Below are positions 6,116 through 15,147 of a stretch of 32,000 nt of DNA, in pieces (within the stretch, counting starts at the first letter, position 1; every line of letters starts with the position of its first letter). The DNA comes from Haloferax volcanii DS2 (GTDB lineage Archaea > Halobacteriota > Halobacteria > Halobacteriales > Haloferacaceae), in NCBI RefSeq assembly GCF_000025685.1, contig NC_013967.1, positions 2,700,001 through 2,732,000 on the forward strand, in the 5' to 3' direction. The position numbers were made by a program, and so were the translations under genes. The notes under the pieces were generated by a model. That model did not search any database and had not been told where the DNA came from. It saw nothing but the letters and a program-made list of their open reading frames with translations.

Positions 6116-7417
6116 CTACCCGTCAACGCCGGCGTCGGACGGAGACCGCGAGTCTCGACCTGACCTCGTCTCGTCCCGGTCGGTAAACGTCTCCGGAACG
6201 TCCGACTCGCCCTCCGACGACCGTTCGGTTTCGGCTGGCTCTCGCTGCGTGTCGTCCGCCTCGTCAGCGGTTAGCTCCTCAACCGGCGGGCCGTCGACCA
6301 AGTGCGCCGGGTCAACCATGTACGGCCGAATCGGTTTTCCAGCCAAGAGCTCCGGCAGGACGAGTCGGGCGAAGTTCACGAACAACACGAGTATCATCGG
6401 CATGAGGAAGATGCCGTACCAGCCGAAAAGCAGCGGGCCGAACGTGTACGCGAGCATCACGGCTCCGACGTGGAGGCTCCGACCGGAGACGTACGGCCGG
6501 AGCACGAGGTCCGGAATCGTGTCCACGATGACGAACGAGACGGCGGCGAAAAGCAGGACGAACCAGAGTCCGGGCGGGTTCGCAATCGCCGCTTCGAGTC
6601 CCATGTAGCCCGCGATGGGGACGTAGACGAGCTTCATGCCGACGACGGGAATGAGGCTCGCCACGCCCGCGAGCAGTCCGATGAGCGCCGGCGCGGGGAT
6701 GCGGACGCCCGCCGGCGCGAGGACGTTCAAAAGCGAGTACGCGATGACGCCGATGGTGCCCGTGAGGATGGCGTTAAGGATGTTGCCGAAGAAGATGTTG
6801 TTGAAGTCGCGGTCCACGCCGCGCATGTAGGCTTCGAGGATGCCGTGGTCGTCGGCGAACATCGATTGGCCCCACCGTCGCAGGCGGTGGCCGTCGCGGA
6901 GGAGGTAGAACGCGAACGCAATCATGACGAACAGGTGAATCGCACCGACACCGAGGAAAGCGAACGTGTTGGCGGCGACGCTCAGCGAATCGAACACCGA
7001 GCCGAGCGCCTCGGGCGTCAGCACCGACCGGAAGTCGTACTCCAACAGCGCCTGCGGGCTGGCGATTCCCTCCAACAGCGTCGGGTCGATGCCGTAGGCT
7101 TCGAGGTCGATGGGAACCTCGTCCGTCGAGAGCCGGTCGGCGTACCGCAGGAACTCGCGGAGCGCGATGGTCGCGGCGTAGACGACGAGGCCGAGCACGG
7201 GGAGTGCGAGGGCGAAAAGCGCCACGGCAGCCGCCAGACTCGGGGGTTTCACCCGGCGACGAATCCGCCAGTAGATGGGCCGCGTGGCGTAGTAGATGAA
7301 GAGCCCGAAGACGAACGTCCCGATAAAAGAGTAGACGACGTAGGTGAGCGCGCCCGCGAGGACCAACGCGAGCGACCACCACATCGCGCGGGAGCGCTGG
7401 ATGTCAGGGAGAGCCAT
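6116..7417 (-). CDS. AI-2E (PerM/UPF0118) family transporter
   Basis: Polytopic membrane protein with the AI-2E-like core (FGNILNAILTGTIGVIAYSLL ... LAGVASLIPVVG) and an acidic C-terminal tail. I prefer the ATG at 7417 (MALPDIQ...) because CTTTTGAT lies 23 nt upstream. The track start at 7471 is possible but less supported. Confidence 0.8.
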   Translation of the reverse strand: MALPDIQRSRAMWWSLALVLAGALTYVVYSFIGTFVFGLFIYYATRPIYWRIRRRVKPPSLAAAVALFALALPVLGLVVYAATIALREFLRYADRLSTDEVPIDLEAYGIDPTLLEGIASPQALLEYDFRSVLTPEALGSVFDSLSVAANTFAFLGVGAIHLFVMIAFAFYLLRDGHRLRRWGQSMFADDHGILEAYMRGVDRDFNNIFFGNILNAILTGTIGVIAYSLLNVLAPAGVRIPAPALIGLLAGVASLIPVVGMKLVYVPIAGYMGLEAAIANPPGLWFVLLFAAVSFVIVDTIPDLVLRPYVSGRSLHVGAVMLAYTFGPLLFGWYGIFLMPMILVLFVNFARLVLPELLAGKPIRPYMVDPAHLVDGPPVEELTADEADDTQREPAETERSSEGESDVPETFTDRDETRSGRDSRSPSDAGVDG

Positions 7418-7605
7418 ACCCAACCACGGACACGGAGGCATCAAAAGCCTATCGCGGGAGCGATAGGTCACGACGGAACGCCGTCACGACCGGCCGCCGA
7501 AGCCGTCGGTTCGCGCGGCGAAACCGACCGACTCGACCGAGGGGCAGCCGATATTGCATCAATAATAACGAACATCTTAACTTATGTGTCGCCGTACCGA
7601 GGCGC

Positions 7606-8958
7606 ATGGACCGAGAGACGGCGGTGCCACGCGTCGATTCGATGCCCGGCGAGAAAGCGCGCGAGTGGGTCGCGTACCACCACGAACACGCCGCGCCGAG
7701 CACGTACGTCTACGACTTCGTCTGGGACATCACCGCGGAGTCGGAAGGCCCCTTCTGCACCGACATCGACGGCAACGTCCTCCTCGATTTCACGAGCCAC
7801 GTCGCGGCCGCGCCGCTCGGCTACAACAACCCGAAACTCACGGACCGCATGGCCGAGTTCGACCTCGTGGACCCGACGAAAATCGCCGGCCAGGACTTCT
7901 ACGTCAGCGACGGCTCCGCGCCCGGCGAGGAGCGACTCCCCGGTCCCGCCGCGCTCATGGACAGACTGACCGACCTCACGAGCCACTACGGGATGGACAC
8001 GGTGTTCCTGTCGAACTCCGGGGCCGAAGCCGTCGAGAACGCCATCAAAATCGCCTACGACCACGCCGACGGCGCGAAGTACGGCGTCACCTTCGAGGGC
8101 GCGTTCCACGGCCGCACCCTCGGCGCGCTCTCGCTCAACCGCTCGAAGTCCGTCTATCGCCGCAAGTTCCCCGAGATTTCGGGCGTCCTCGACGTACCGT
8201 TCTGCGACGACCGGACCTGCTCCCCCGAGACGTGTTCCTGCGGCTTCTTCCCCGACGCCGACTCCGCCGTCTCCAAACTCCGACAGAAGCTCCACCCGAA
8301 GAAGGGCCACATCGACGCCGACGAGGTCGCCTACGTCATCGTCGAACCGATACAGGGCGAGGGCGGCTACCGCTTCCCCTCCGACGCCTTCGTCGAGGAA
8401 CTCGCCGCCGTCGTCGACGACTACGACCTGACGCTCATCGCCGACGAGATTCAGACCGGCGTCGGCCGCACCGGCGAGCTGTGGGGTTCTGACCACTACC
8501 CGCTGGAACCCGACATCATCACCGGCGCGAAGGGCCTCCGCGTCGGCGCGACAATCTCGAACGACGGGATATTCCCCGACGAGACCTCGCGGCTCTCCTC
8601 GACGTGGGGCGCGGGCGACATCGTCTCCTCGATGCAGGGCGTGTTCACCCTCGAAGCCATCGAGGAGTACGACCTACTCGACAACGCCGTCGCCCGCGGC
8701 CGCCAGTTCATCGAGCGGATGCGCGACGACGCGCCCGACACCGTCGTCGACGTGCGCGGCAAGGGCCTGCTGCTCGCCGTCGAGTTCGATACCAAAGAAC
8801 GCCGCGACGCCGTGCAGGAAGCCGCTCTCAAGCGCGGTCTCCTCACTCTCTCGTGCGGCTACAAGGTGCTTCGAATCCTCCCGCCGCTCGACGTGACCGC
8901 CCGCGAAATCGACCTCGGCGCGACGATGCTGCTGGACGCCATCGAAGACGTGTCGTAA
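7606..8958 (+). CDS. Class-III PLP-dependent aminotransferase (GabT/ArgD-like)
   Basis: 450 aa with SNSGAEAVENAIK, DEIQTGVGRTGELW and the lysine-containing region ITGAKGL. A TATA-like AACTTATG lies about 26 nt upstream. Substrate cannot be assigned from the sequence alone. Confidence 0.85.
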   Translation: MDRETAVPRVDSMPGEKAREWVAYHHEHAAPSTYVYDFVWDITAESEGPFCTDIDGNVLLDFTSHVAAAPLGYNNPKLTDRMAEFDLVDPTKIAGQDFYVSDGSAPGEERLPGPAALMDRLTDLTSHYGMDTVFLSNSGAEAVENAIKIAYDHADGAKYGVTFEGAFHGRTLGALSLNRSKSVYRRKFPEISGVLDVPFCDDRTCSPETCSCGFFPDADSAVSKLRQKLHPKKGHIDADEVAYVIVEPIQGEGGYRFPSDAFVEELAAVVDDYDLTLIADEIQTGVGRTGELWGSDHYPLEPDIITGAKGLRVGATISNDGIFPDETSRLSSTWGAGDIVSSMQGVFTLEAIEEYDLLDNAVARGRQFIERMRDDAPDTVVDVRGKGLLLAVEFDTKERRDAVQEAALKRGLLTLSCGYKVLRILPPLDVTAREIDLGATMLLDAIEDVS

Positions 8959-8967
8959 CGTGGTCGG

Positions 8968-10344
8968 TCAGTTCGTGTCGAGGCTGACGACGGGTTCGAC
9001 CACGTTCCCGAGTTCCCGCATCATTCCAGCACCGACGAGGTAGTACACCGCCGACTCGACGCGCTCTTTCCACGCGGGACCGTCGCCCATTTCGAGACTC
9101 ACGTCGCCGGCGCGGATAATGCTCGCCGCCTCGTTCGCGACGACGCCCGCGAAGTTCGAGTCGTATTCGTCGCGCGTCGCCCGAAAGTCGCGCATCGAAC
9201 GGCGTTTCGCCCGGAACGCTCGACCCGAGTCGTAGCCGGTGTCGGCAGGAGTAACGCCGAGTTCCTCGAGGGCGTACTCGTGGGCCTGTCGCGCGAGGAG
9301 GGCCTGACCGGTCTTCACGACGCGAAGGACCGTCAGGTCTCGGCGGAGGTCGTTGCCGTAGAATCTGAAGCCGTTGTCGAAGCAGAGCGTGTACAACTCC
9401 CAGCGGGCAGCACCGTAGGGCGACGACCGGTCGAGTTCGAGTTCGTCTTCGAGTTTCGTCCGCATCTGGTCACGTCTCGGGAACCGGTCGGTTTCGGCGA
9501 GGAGGCCGAGAAGCGCGTCGTCCAGTCGCTCGCGATGCGGCTGTGGGTCGTCTCCGAGACCCGAGCGATACTGCTCTCGGTAGTGTCGTGCGTTTTCGAG
9601 TCGTTGTTCCGCCTGCAACTGCGACCCCCAGGTGTTCGCGAGTCCGTGGGGAGAGTACTCGTCTACCGAGTCGGGGTCGCCGCCGACGGACGTCCCATTC
9701 CAGTTCGAACTGATTCGCACAAAGGCCAGTTGGCGTTCGATGGCGTAGAGATACCCGAGGTCACGGCCGGGGTCGGAGACACGGTACGCAGAGATGGAGT
9801 CCGCAACCGCGTCACTCGCCTCCCACAGTTCACGGCCGCGTTCGAGACGGGCATCCGGGTCCTCCTCTCCGAGTGCAACCTTCGCGTAACCGACGGCTTC
9901 GCCGGCGAACAGCATTCCGTAGGTTGCCGAGAAGAGACGCTCACGGGCATCTCGTTCCTCTTTCGCGGCGTCGAGGTGGCCGCCGGCGGGCGACCCGCGG
10001 AGATGAAACCGCATATCCTCGTCCACCGAGTCGAGGTCGACCTGCGAACGGAGTTGCTTCGCCTGCTCGACGGTCTCTTCGAGGTTCGCCACCGCCGCGT
10101 CGGCGTGTTCGTCGCTCACCGGCGGCTGCCAGACGTAGTTGCTCGGCGGGTCGGGGTACATCGTCGTCAGCCAGTCCGTAATCGGGTCGGGGAGCCACGT
10201 CGGCCTGAACCAGCCGATACCGCCGACCGCGCCCGCGCCGCCGACGAGGCCGAGCAGTTGGCGACGCGAGAGCGAGGAGCGTTCGTCAGAGCTGGCCGCA
10301 GAGGAGGTCGTGTCGGAATCGGATTCGGCGTCGTCGGGGGACAC
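8968..10344 (-). CDS. Tat-signal protein of unknown function
   Basis: 458 aa. An acidic N-region is followed by SRRQLLGLVGGAGAVGGIG (twin-arginine motif plus hydrophobic core). The rest is acidic and looks predominantly helical. TTTACA lies about 26 nt upstream. I recognise no family. Confidence 0.75.
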   Translation of the reverse strand: MSPDDAESDSDTTSSAASSDERSSLSRRQLLGLVGGAGAVGGIGWFRPTWLPDPITDWLTTMYPDPPSNYVWQPPVSDEHADAAVANLEETVEQAKQLRSQVDLDSVDEDMRFHLRGSPAGGHLDAAKEERDARERLFSATYGMLFAGEAVGYAKVALGEEDPDARLERGRELWEASDAVADSISAYRVSDPGRDLGYLYAIERQLAFVRISSNWNGTSVGGDPDSVDEYSPHGLANTWGSQLQAEQRLENARHYREQYRSGLGDDPQPHRERLDDALLGLLAETDRFPRRDQMRTKLEDELELDRSSPYGAARWELYTLCFDNGFRFYGNDLRRDLTVLRVVKTGQALLARQAHEYALEELGVTPADTGYDSGRAFRAKRRSMRDFRATRDEYDSNFAGVVANEAASIIRAGDVSLEMGDGPAWKERVESAVYYLVGAGMMRELGNVVEPVVSLDTN

Positions 10345-10410
10345 ACGCCGGAGTTCCGAACCAGCCCGTGTAAACGTGTCGGCGGGCTGTTGTCTCGATG
10401 CGAGCGCGCC

Positions 10411-11391
10411 CTACGTCCAGCGGTCGAGGCCGGTCTGCGTGACCGACTCCTCGATTCGCTCGAAGCCGCGGCGGACTTCCTCGGGGTCGACCTCCCACGT
10501 CTCGGTGACGAACTCGCGGGCGGCGGCCACGTCGGGGTCGATGTCGGTGTCGTAGTCGTAGTCGTCGGTGACCGGCGGGTCCAAGAAGAACTCGCGCACG
10601 CGGTCGGCGTTGGGGATGCTCGCGCCGCGGGCTTCGAGGACCGACCAGAGGTCGCCGTGTTCCGTGACGACCTTCACGGCCGTCTTCGGGCCGATTCCCG
10701 TGATGCCCTCGTTGAAGTCGGTCCCGCAGAGCATGGCGATGTCGACGAGTTGCTCGTAGGTGATGTCGTGTTTGTCGAGCGTCGCGTCGAGGTCCATCAG
10801 TTCGGGGTTCCCCTTGCTCGTGAGCTGTCGGAGCGTGTAGGGCGCGCCGAACAGGAGTGTGTCGTAGTCCTCGCTGCCCACGTAGTCGGCGTCGCCCTTA
10901 CGGGCCATGTAGGACGCCTGCGCCTCGCCTTCCGCGGGCGCTTCGACCACCGGCACGTCGAGCAGCGAGAGGAGTTCGCGGCTGGTGTCCTGAATCGTCT
11001 CGGTGAGCCGCTGGGTGCGCGCTTCCATCCGGGCTGCCTCGACCGCGTCGCCGGCCTCGCGGGCCTCTTCGAGGCGTTCTTCGGCCTTCTCGCGCTGTTC
11101 GCGGCGCTTGGCCACCTCGTCGTCTTTCATCTCGGTGACGCCGCCGTCGAAGACGAAGACGGGCGTCAGGTCGTGTTCGAAGAACTTGGGGATCCCCTGG
11201 ACGATGCCGACGAGGTTGGCGACCTCCTCGCCCTCGCTCGTCGTGTACGTCTCCGAACTCGTCCACTTGACCGTCGTCGTGAGATAGCGGTACAGCCAGT
11301 TGTGGGCGTCGACGGCGACGACGCTCCCGGACACCTCGTCAAACGACACCTCGGAGAGCGCGGCGAGCGTCCGCAGGTCTGCGTTTCCCAT
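10411..11391 (-). CDS. fen1: Flap endonuclease 1
   Basis: 326 aa: MGNADLR...[19 protein letters not shown], the acidic active-site blocks and H3TH ([11 protein letters not shown]). The similarity to archaeal FEN-1 is unambiguous. Confidence 0.95.
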   Translation of the reverse strand: MGNADLRTLAALSEVSFDEVSGSVVAVDAHNWLYRYLTTTVKWTSSETYTTSEGEEVANLVGIVQGIPKFFEHDLTPVFVFDGGVTEMKDDEVAKRREQREKAEERLEEAREAGDAVEAARMEARTQRLTETIQDTSRELLSLLDVPVVEAPAEGEAQASYMARKGDADYVGSEDYDTLLFGAPYTLRQLTSKGNPELMDLDATLDKHDITYEQLVDIAMLCGTDFNEGITGIGPKTAVKVVTEHGDLWSVLEARGASIPNADRVREFFLDPPVTDDYDYDTDIDPDVAAAREFVTETWEVDPEEVRRGFERIEESVTQTGLDRWT

Positions 11392-11418
11392 TTGCTCGGC
11401 TTTCGGGGGCCGAGGGTT

Positions 11419-12036
11419 TCAATCGTCCGAGTGACCGGCGTCGATTTCGGGGGGTTCAACTCCTTCGCGCGCCGCGAGAAACGCCCGCTCCGGGTCGTCG
11501 AGGTCGCGGGCGCGATAGCGGTCGAGACCGGACTGGTACGCCTCGCGGGAGACCGCCGCGGGCGCGCCGGCGGGGCGCTCCAGCACCAACTCGGCGACGC
11601 CCGTTTCGCGGCCCGTGAAGCCGAACCCGGCCTTGTGGCACGCCTCGTAGGCGAAGGGGTTGTTCGCGGCGATGCGGACCGTCTCGTAGCCGCGGTCGGC
11701 GGCGTCGCAGGTCCGGCGGAGGAGGTCGGGACCGAGTCCGTCGCCCCGGCGGTCCCGCCGAACCGTGACGTACCGGAGCCAGAGCGTCGTCGGGTCCGTC
11801 CGGTCCTCGTTGAACGCGACCGCGGCGACCACGTCCTCGGCCAGCGGCGGCAGGGAATCGGGGCCGCCGGTCGGCGCGGGTCGGTCGTCGTCGAGGGGCG
11901 GCAGAGAGTCGTCGGGGTCGCGGAGCACCGTCTTGCCCGTCGCCGCGGTGACGAACTTCCCCGCGTAGGCGAACCGCCGGTAGTCGAGGCGGAGTCGCGG
12001 CCCGTCTTCGGGCCAGCCGAGCAGGTCGAACTCCAT
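11419..12036 (-). CDS. GNAT-family N-acetyltransferase
   Basis: Acetyl-CoA binding motif VRRDRRGDGLGPDLL and AANNPFAYEACHKAGF. The start is ambiguous: I prefer the ATG at 12036 (MEFDLLGWP), with 12096 as the alternative. The stop lies only 27 nt upstream of the fen1 start. Confidence 0.75.
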   Translation of the reverse strand: MEFDLLGWPEDGPRLRLDYRRFAYAGKFVTAATGKTVLRDPDDSLPPLDDDRPAPTGGPDSLPPLAEDVVAAVAFNEDRTDPTTLWLRYVTVRRDRRGDGLGPDLLRRTCDAADRGYETVRIAANNPFAYEACHKAGFGFTGRETGVAELVLERPAGAPAAVSREAYQSGLDRYRARDLDDPERAFLAAREGVEPPEIDAGHSDD

Positions 12037-12094
12037 GGCCGAACTGGGGCCGCCGCGCGCAAGAACCTTCCCCGGCGGGGCCGTGGCGTCTGCC

Positions 12095-12676
12095 ATGCAC
12101 GGCGCTGGCGACGTTCGGTTCTTCGACCGCTTCGCACCCGTCTACGACCTCGTGATGCCGCCGGCCGACCCCGGCGCGCTCGAAACGGCGCTCGACCGCG
12201 CCGACCGGGATGTCGAGCGCGTCGTCGACATCGGCGGCGGCTCCGGGCGGGCGACCCTCGCGCTCGACGTTCCCGAGCGAATCGTCCTCGACCGCTCGGC
12301 CGGGATGCTCCGCCGGGCGCGCGGGCGGGGCCTCGACTGCGTCCGCGGCGACGCCCGGAAACTGCCCTTCGCCGACGACTCCCTCGACGCCGTGACCGTC
12401 GTGGACGCCTTCCACCACATGCCGAACCAACGCGGCGTCGCCGAGGAGGTCTTCCGCGTGCTCGCGCCCGGCGGGGTGTTCGCCGTCAACGAGTTCGACC
12501 CCGAGACGCTTCTCGGCCGGGGGCTGGTCGCCGCCGAGCGGGTCGTCGGCTTCGGGTCGGCGTTCGCCACGCCCGACGAACTCGTGCGCTTTCTCGAACG
12601 CGTCGGCTTCGAGGCCGCCGTGGTCGAACGCGGCTTCGAGTACACGGTGGTCGGAAAAAAGCGGGAGAGCCATTAG
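12095..12676 (+). CDS. Class I SAM-dependent methyltransferase
   Basis: Motif I VVDIGGGSGR, followed by DARKLPFADDSLDAVTVVDAFHHM and LAPGGVF. The start is ambiguous: I prefer the ATG at 12095 (MHGAGDVRFFDRFAPVYD), with 12035 as the alternative. Confidence 0.8.
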   Translation: MHGAGDVRFFDRFAPVYDLVMPPADPGALETALDRADRDVERVVDIGGGSGRATLALDVPERIVLDRSAGMLRRARGRGLDCVRGDARKLPFADDSLDAVTVVDAFHHMPNQRGVAEEVFRVLAPGGVFAVNEFDPETLLGRGLVAAERVVGFGSAFATPDELVRFLERVGFEAAVVERGFEYTVVGKKRESH

Positions 12677-12697
12677 GGGGGCGACGAATCCACGCCT

Positions 12698-13114
12698 ATG
12701 GCAACCTCGACGTCGTTCTTAGAGGAGCGACTCGATGCCGGGGCGTTACCCATCGCCGTGGGCGACGTGCTCGCCATCTTCCTCCTCGTCACCGTCGGCG
12801 TGATTCAGCACAACGGAGTGTCGTACCTCTCGGCCGACCCGGTCGGCTGGGTGCTCACCGCGGTCCCGTTCCTCATCGGATGGCTCTTCACCGCTCCGCT
12901 GTTGGGCGCGTACTCGCCCGGCGCGGCGGAATCAGCGAAATCGGCCGTCCCGCTCGGCGTCCGCTCGTGGCTCGCGGCGACCGTCGTCGGCATGGCGATT
13001 CGCTGGACGCCGCTTTTCGAAGGCGGCGTCGAACTCACGTTCGTCGCGGTCATGCTGGTGCTCGGCTCCGTCGCCCTCGGCGTCTGGCGGACGCTGTACT
13101 TCAAGCTCGTCTGA
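12698..13114 (+). CDS. Small polytopic membrane protein (DUF3054-like)
   Basis: 138 aa with about four hydrophobic segments. The family assignment is from memory and is tentative. Confidence 0.65.
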   Translation: MATSTSFLEERLDAGALPIAVGDVLAIFLLVTVGVIQHNGVSYLSADPVGWVLTAVPFLIGWLFTAPLLGAYSPGAAESAKSAVPLGVRSWLAATVVGMAIRWTPLFEGGVELTFVAVMLVLGSVALGVWRTLYFKLV

Positions 13115-13231
13115 GCGTCGAACGCCGAGCGCCGAGTTCGAACCTCTCGAACCGCACCGGAGAACCGACCGAAACCGTATTTTCTGCCGGCCGTCCCCCC
13201 CGACCCGGAGGGCCTCCCACTCGACCCGGTG

Positions 13232-14599
13232 TCAGGCGGGCGTCGGCCGCCGTCGCAACAGCGTCACGCCCAGGAGCGTCGCGGCCGCCGCGAACCCCGC
13301 GAGGACCGCGAACAACGCCGTCGAATCAGCGACCGTGAGGATGTAACCGGCGATAGCGCCGCCGAGCGCGCCGACGCCGAACACGCCGAGGTAGGTAAAG
13401 CCGTAGGAGAGCCCCCGAAGCCCGGCGGGCGTGTACTCCGCGACGGTCGCTTGGTAGAACGGCTGGACGATAAACAGGAAGAAGCCGAGCAGTGCACAGA
13501 TGGCGAGGAGCGGGCCGACGCCGAGACTCGCCACGGGGAGGAAGGCGATGGCGATGACGGCGAGCGCGCCGAAGCCGGCGACGATGCCGCGCTCGGTCCT
13601 GATGCGGTCGGTAAGCTTGCCGCCGACGTACTGCCCGAAGACGCCGACCGTCAGGAGGCCGGCGTAGACGAACAGTTCCACGTCGAGCGTCGGCGCGCGG
13701 CCGGCCGACCCGGAGACGAGGCCGGCGGGCAGGAGCGCCGACACCGGAATCGGCTCGATGCCGATGACCGAGCCGAGGAGGTCCGGCAGGAACGTCGTGA
13801 CGCCGCGGTAGTAGAGTCCCGAGAACATCACGAGTGCGAAGACGAGCGCGAAGCCGCCGGCGAAAAGGTGCTTCGACTGCGAGACCAGTTCCGCGAACGA
13901 CTCGACGCCCGCGCCGGCTTTGCCGTCGCCGCCGGTGTCGCTATCGCCGGCGTCACCCCCCTCACCGCCGTCGGCCGCGGCGACCGCGGCCTGTTCTTCG
14001 AAGTTGGCGCGGGTGGCGAGCGCGGCGGCCGCGAGCGCCGGGAGCGCGAGCACGCCGGCGACGAGATGCCAGTCGAAAAACAGCAAGAGGAGCGCGGTGA
14101 GGAACGGACCGAAGCCGATGCCGATGTTGCCGGCGATGCCGTGGTAGGCGAAGCCGGTCCCGCGTTCCTCGACGCCGGTGCTGATGAGGCGGAGTCCGGC
14201 GGGGTGGTAGACGCTGGCCGCCGCGCCCCAGACGAGGAGCGCGAGCGCGACGACGACGAGGTTCGGTGACAGCGCGAGCAGGACGAACGACCCGGCCATC
14301 CCGAGGAGGCAGGCGACGATGAGGCGCTTGGAGCCGACGCGGTCGACGAGGATGCCGCCGGGGAGCGCCCCGAGCCCGAACAGCGCGAAGCCGAGGCCCG
14401 TCATCACGCCCAGCGAGGCGGTCGTGACTGGCACCGTCGCGAGACCGAGGTCGATGCTCGCGAACTCCCCGAGCCAGATGGCCACGAAGATGGGGATGGA
14501 CAGTTCGTACGTGTGGACCATCCCGTGGGCGAGCATCACCAACGCGACGATGGAGCGGTCGTTACGGTTCACGTCTCCGGCCACGGTACCGACTCCCAT
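13232..14599 (-). CDS. MFS transporter
   Basis: About 455 aa with 12 predicted TM-like hydrophobic segments, MFS loop motifs (GILVDRVGSKR) and an acidic central loop. I prefer the start at 14599 (MGVGTV...), with 14665 as the alternative. Confidence 0.8.
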   Translation of the reverse strand: MGVGTVAGDVNRNDRSIVALVMLAHGMVHTYELSIPIFVAIWLGEFASIDLGLATVPVTTASLGVMTGLGFALFGLGALPGGILVDRVGSKRLIVACLLGMAGSFVLLALSPNLVVVALALLVWGAAASVYHPAGLRLISTGVEERGTGFAYHGIAGNIGIGFGPFLTALLLLFFDWHLVAGVLALPALAAAALATRANFEEQAAVAAADGGEGGDAGDSDTGGDGKAGAGVESFAELVSQSKHLFAGGFALVFALVMFSGLYYRGVTTFLPDLLGSVIGIEPIPVSALLPAGLVSGSAGRAPTLDVELFVYAGLLTVGVFGQYVGGKLTDRIRTERGIVAGFGALAVIAIAFLPVASLGVGPLLAICALLGFFLFIVQPFYQATVAEYTPAGLRGLSYGFTYLGVFGVGALGGAIAGYILTVADSTALFAVLAGFAAAATLLGVTLLRRRPTPA

Positions 14600-14825
14600 A
14601 ACCGTGTGGAGTTCCGGCAGCCGACGAGCACCGGAGCGACTGTTCGGGCGAGAGGCACAATCCACAGTATCGGATTTGTGATGTTCTTTGCAGCGTTCTA
14701 TCCCGGAGCAGTCCTGCGATTATTTGTTCATAAGTTATGAGAATAGTATCGATAGGCCACGAAAACAGTATCAGTCATCTATGGGAAAGAATTATACCAC
14801 TTACGTCCGTAGTGTGATATATATT

Positions 14826-15074
14826 ATGACCGGATATTACGACTACATTCTCGGGCTCATCCCGCTCGCACTCCTCGGCATCACCGGCACGCTTACCGTC
14901 GCCGGGTTGCAGTTGACCACGGCAGTGCCGATGGCTGCGGGCGTGGCCGCGCTCCTCACCGGCCACGCGCTCTTCGTGAACGGGCCCTCGTCGCCGTCTC
15001 CGTCCCGCCTCAACGAACACGCCGGTCCCAACGCCGCTGACGCGCCTTCTCCGTCGGTCCTCGACGCCGACTAA
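14826..15074 (+). CDS. Small (82 aa) two-TM membrane protein, unknown function
   Basis: MTGYYDYILGLIPLALLGITGTLTVAGLQLTTAVPMAAGVAALLTGHALF... The ATG at 14826 has AATTATAC about 28 nt upstream. The upstream part of the track ORF is AT-rich and looks non-coding. Confidence 0.5.
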   Translation: MTGYYDYILGLIPLALLGITGTLTVAGLQLTTAVPMAAGVAALLTGHALFVNGPSSPSPSRLNEHAGPNAADAPSPSVLDAD

Positions 15075-15147
15075 CCCCCCATCGCACGCCCGCCCGGCCG
15101 GTTCGCCGGCCCACAGGGTTTTGACCGCAGGTCTCGTTTTTCCGACC

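Noticed and set aside
6302-8496. ORFs 6302..7969 (+), 7582..8496 (-) and 7584..8492 (+)
   Set aside because: They are off-frame or antisense to the AI-2E transporter and the aminotransferase, with Arg/Glu/Asp low-complexity composition.
13134-13152. GTTCGAACC T-loop-like sequence as a tRNA fragment or att-site remnant
   Set aside because: The flanking bases do not form a T-stem (3 of 5 pairs) and there is no acceptor or CCA context. It is better explained as a 6-bp hairpin (GTTCGA/TCGAAC) ahead of a TTTT run (13180-13183) in a convergent terminator region.
9280-13338. 1352-aa ORF on the plus strand, the longest in the track
   Set aside because: It is extremely Arg/Gly/Pro/Val-rich with no acidic bias. 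It runs antisense or off-frame across four well-supported genes (the Tat protein, fen1, GNAT and methyltransferase). This is a typical stop-free artefact of high-GC DNA.
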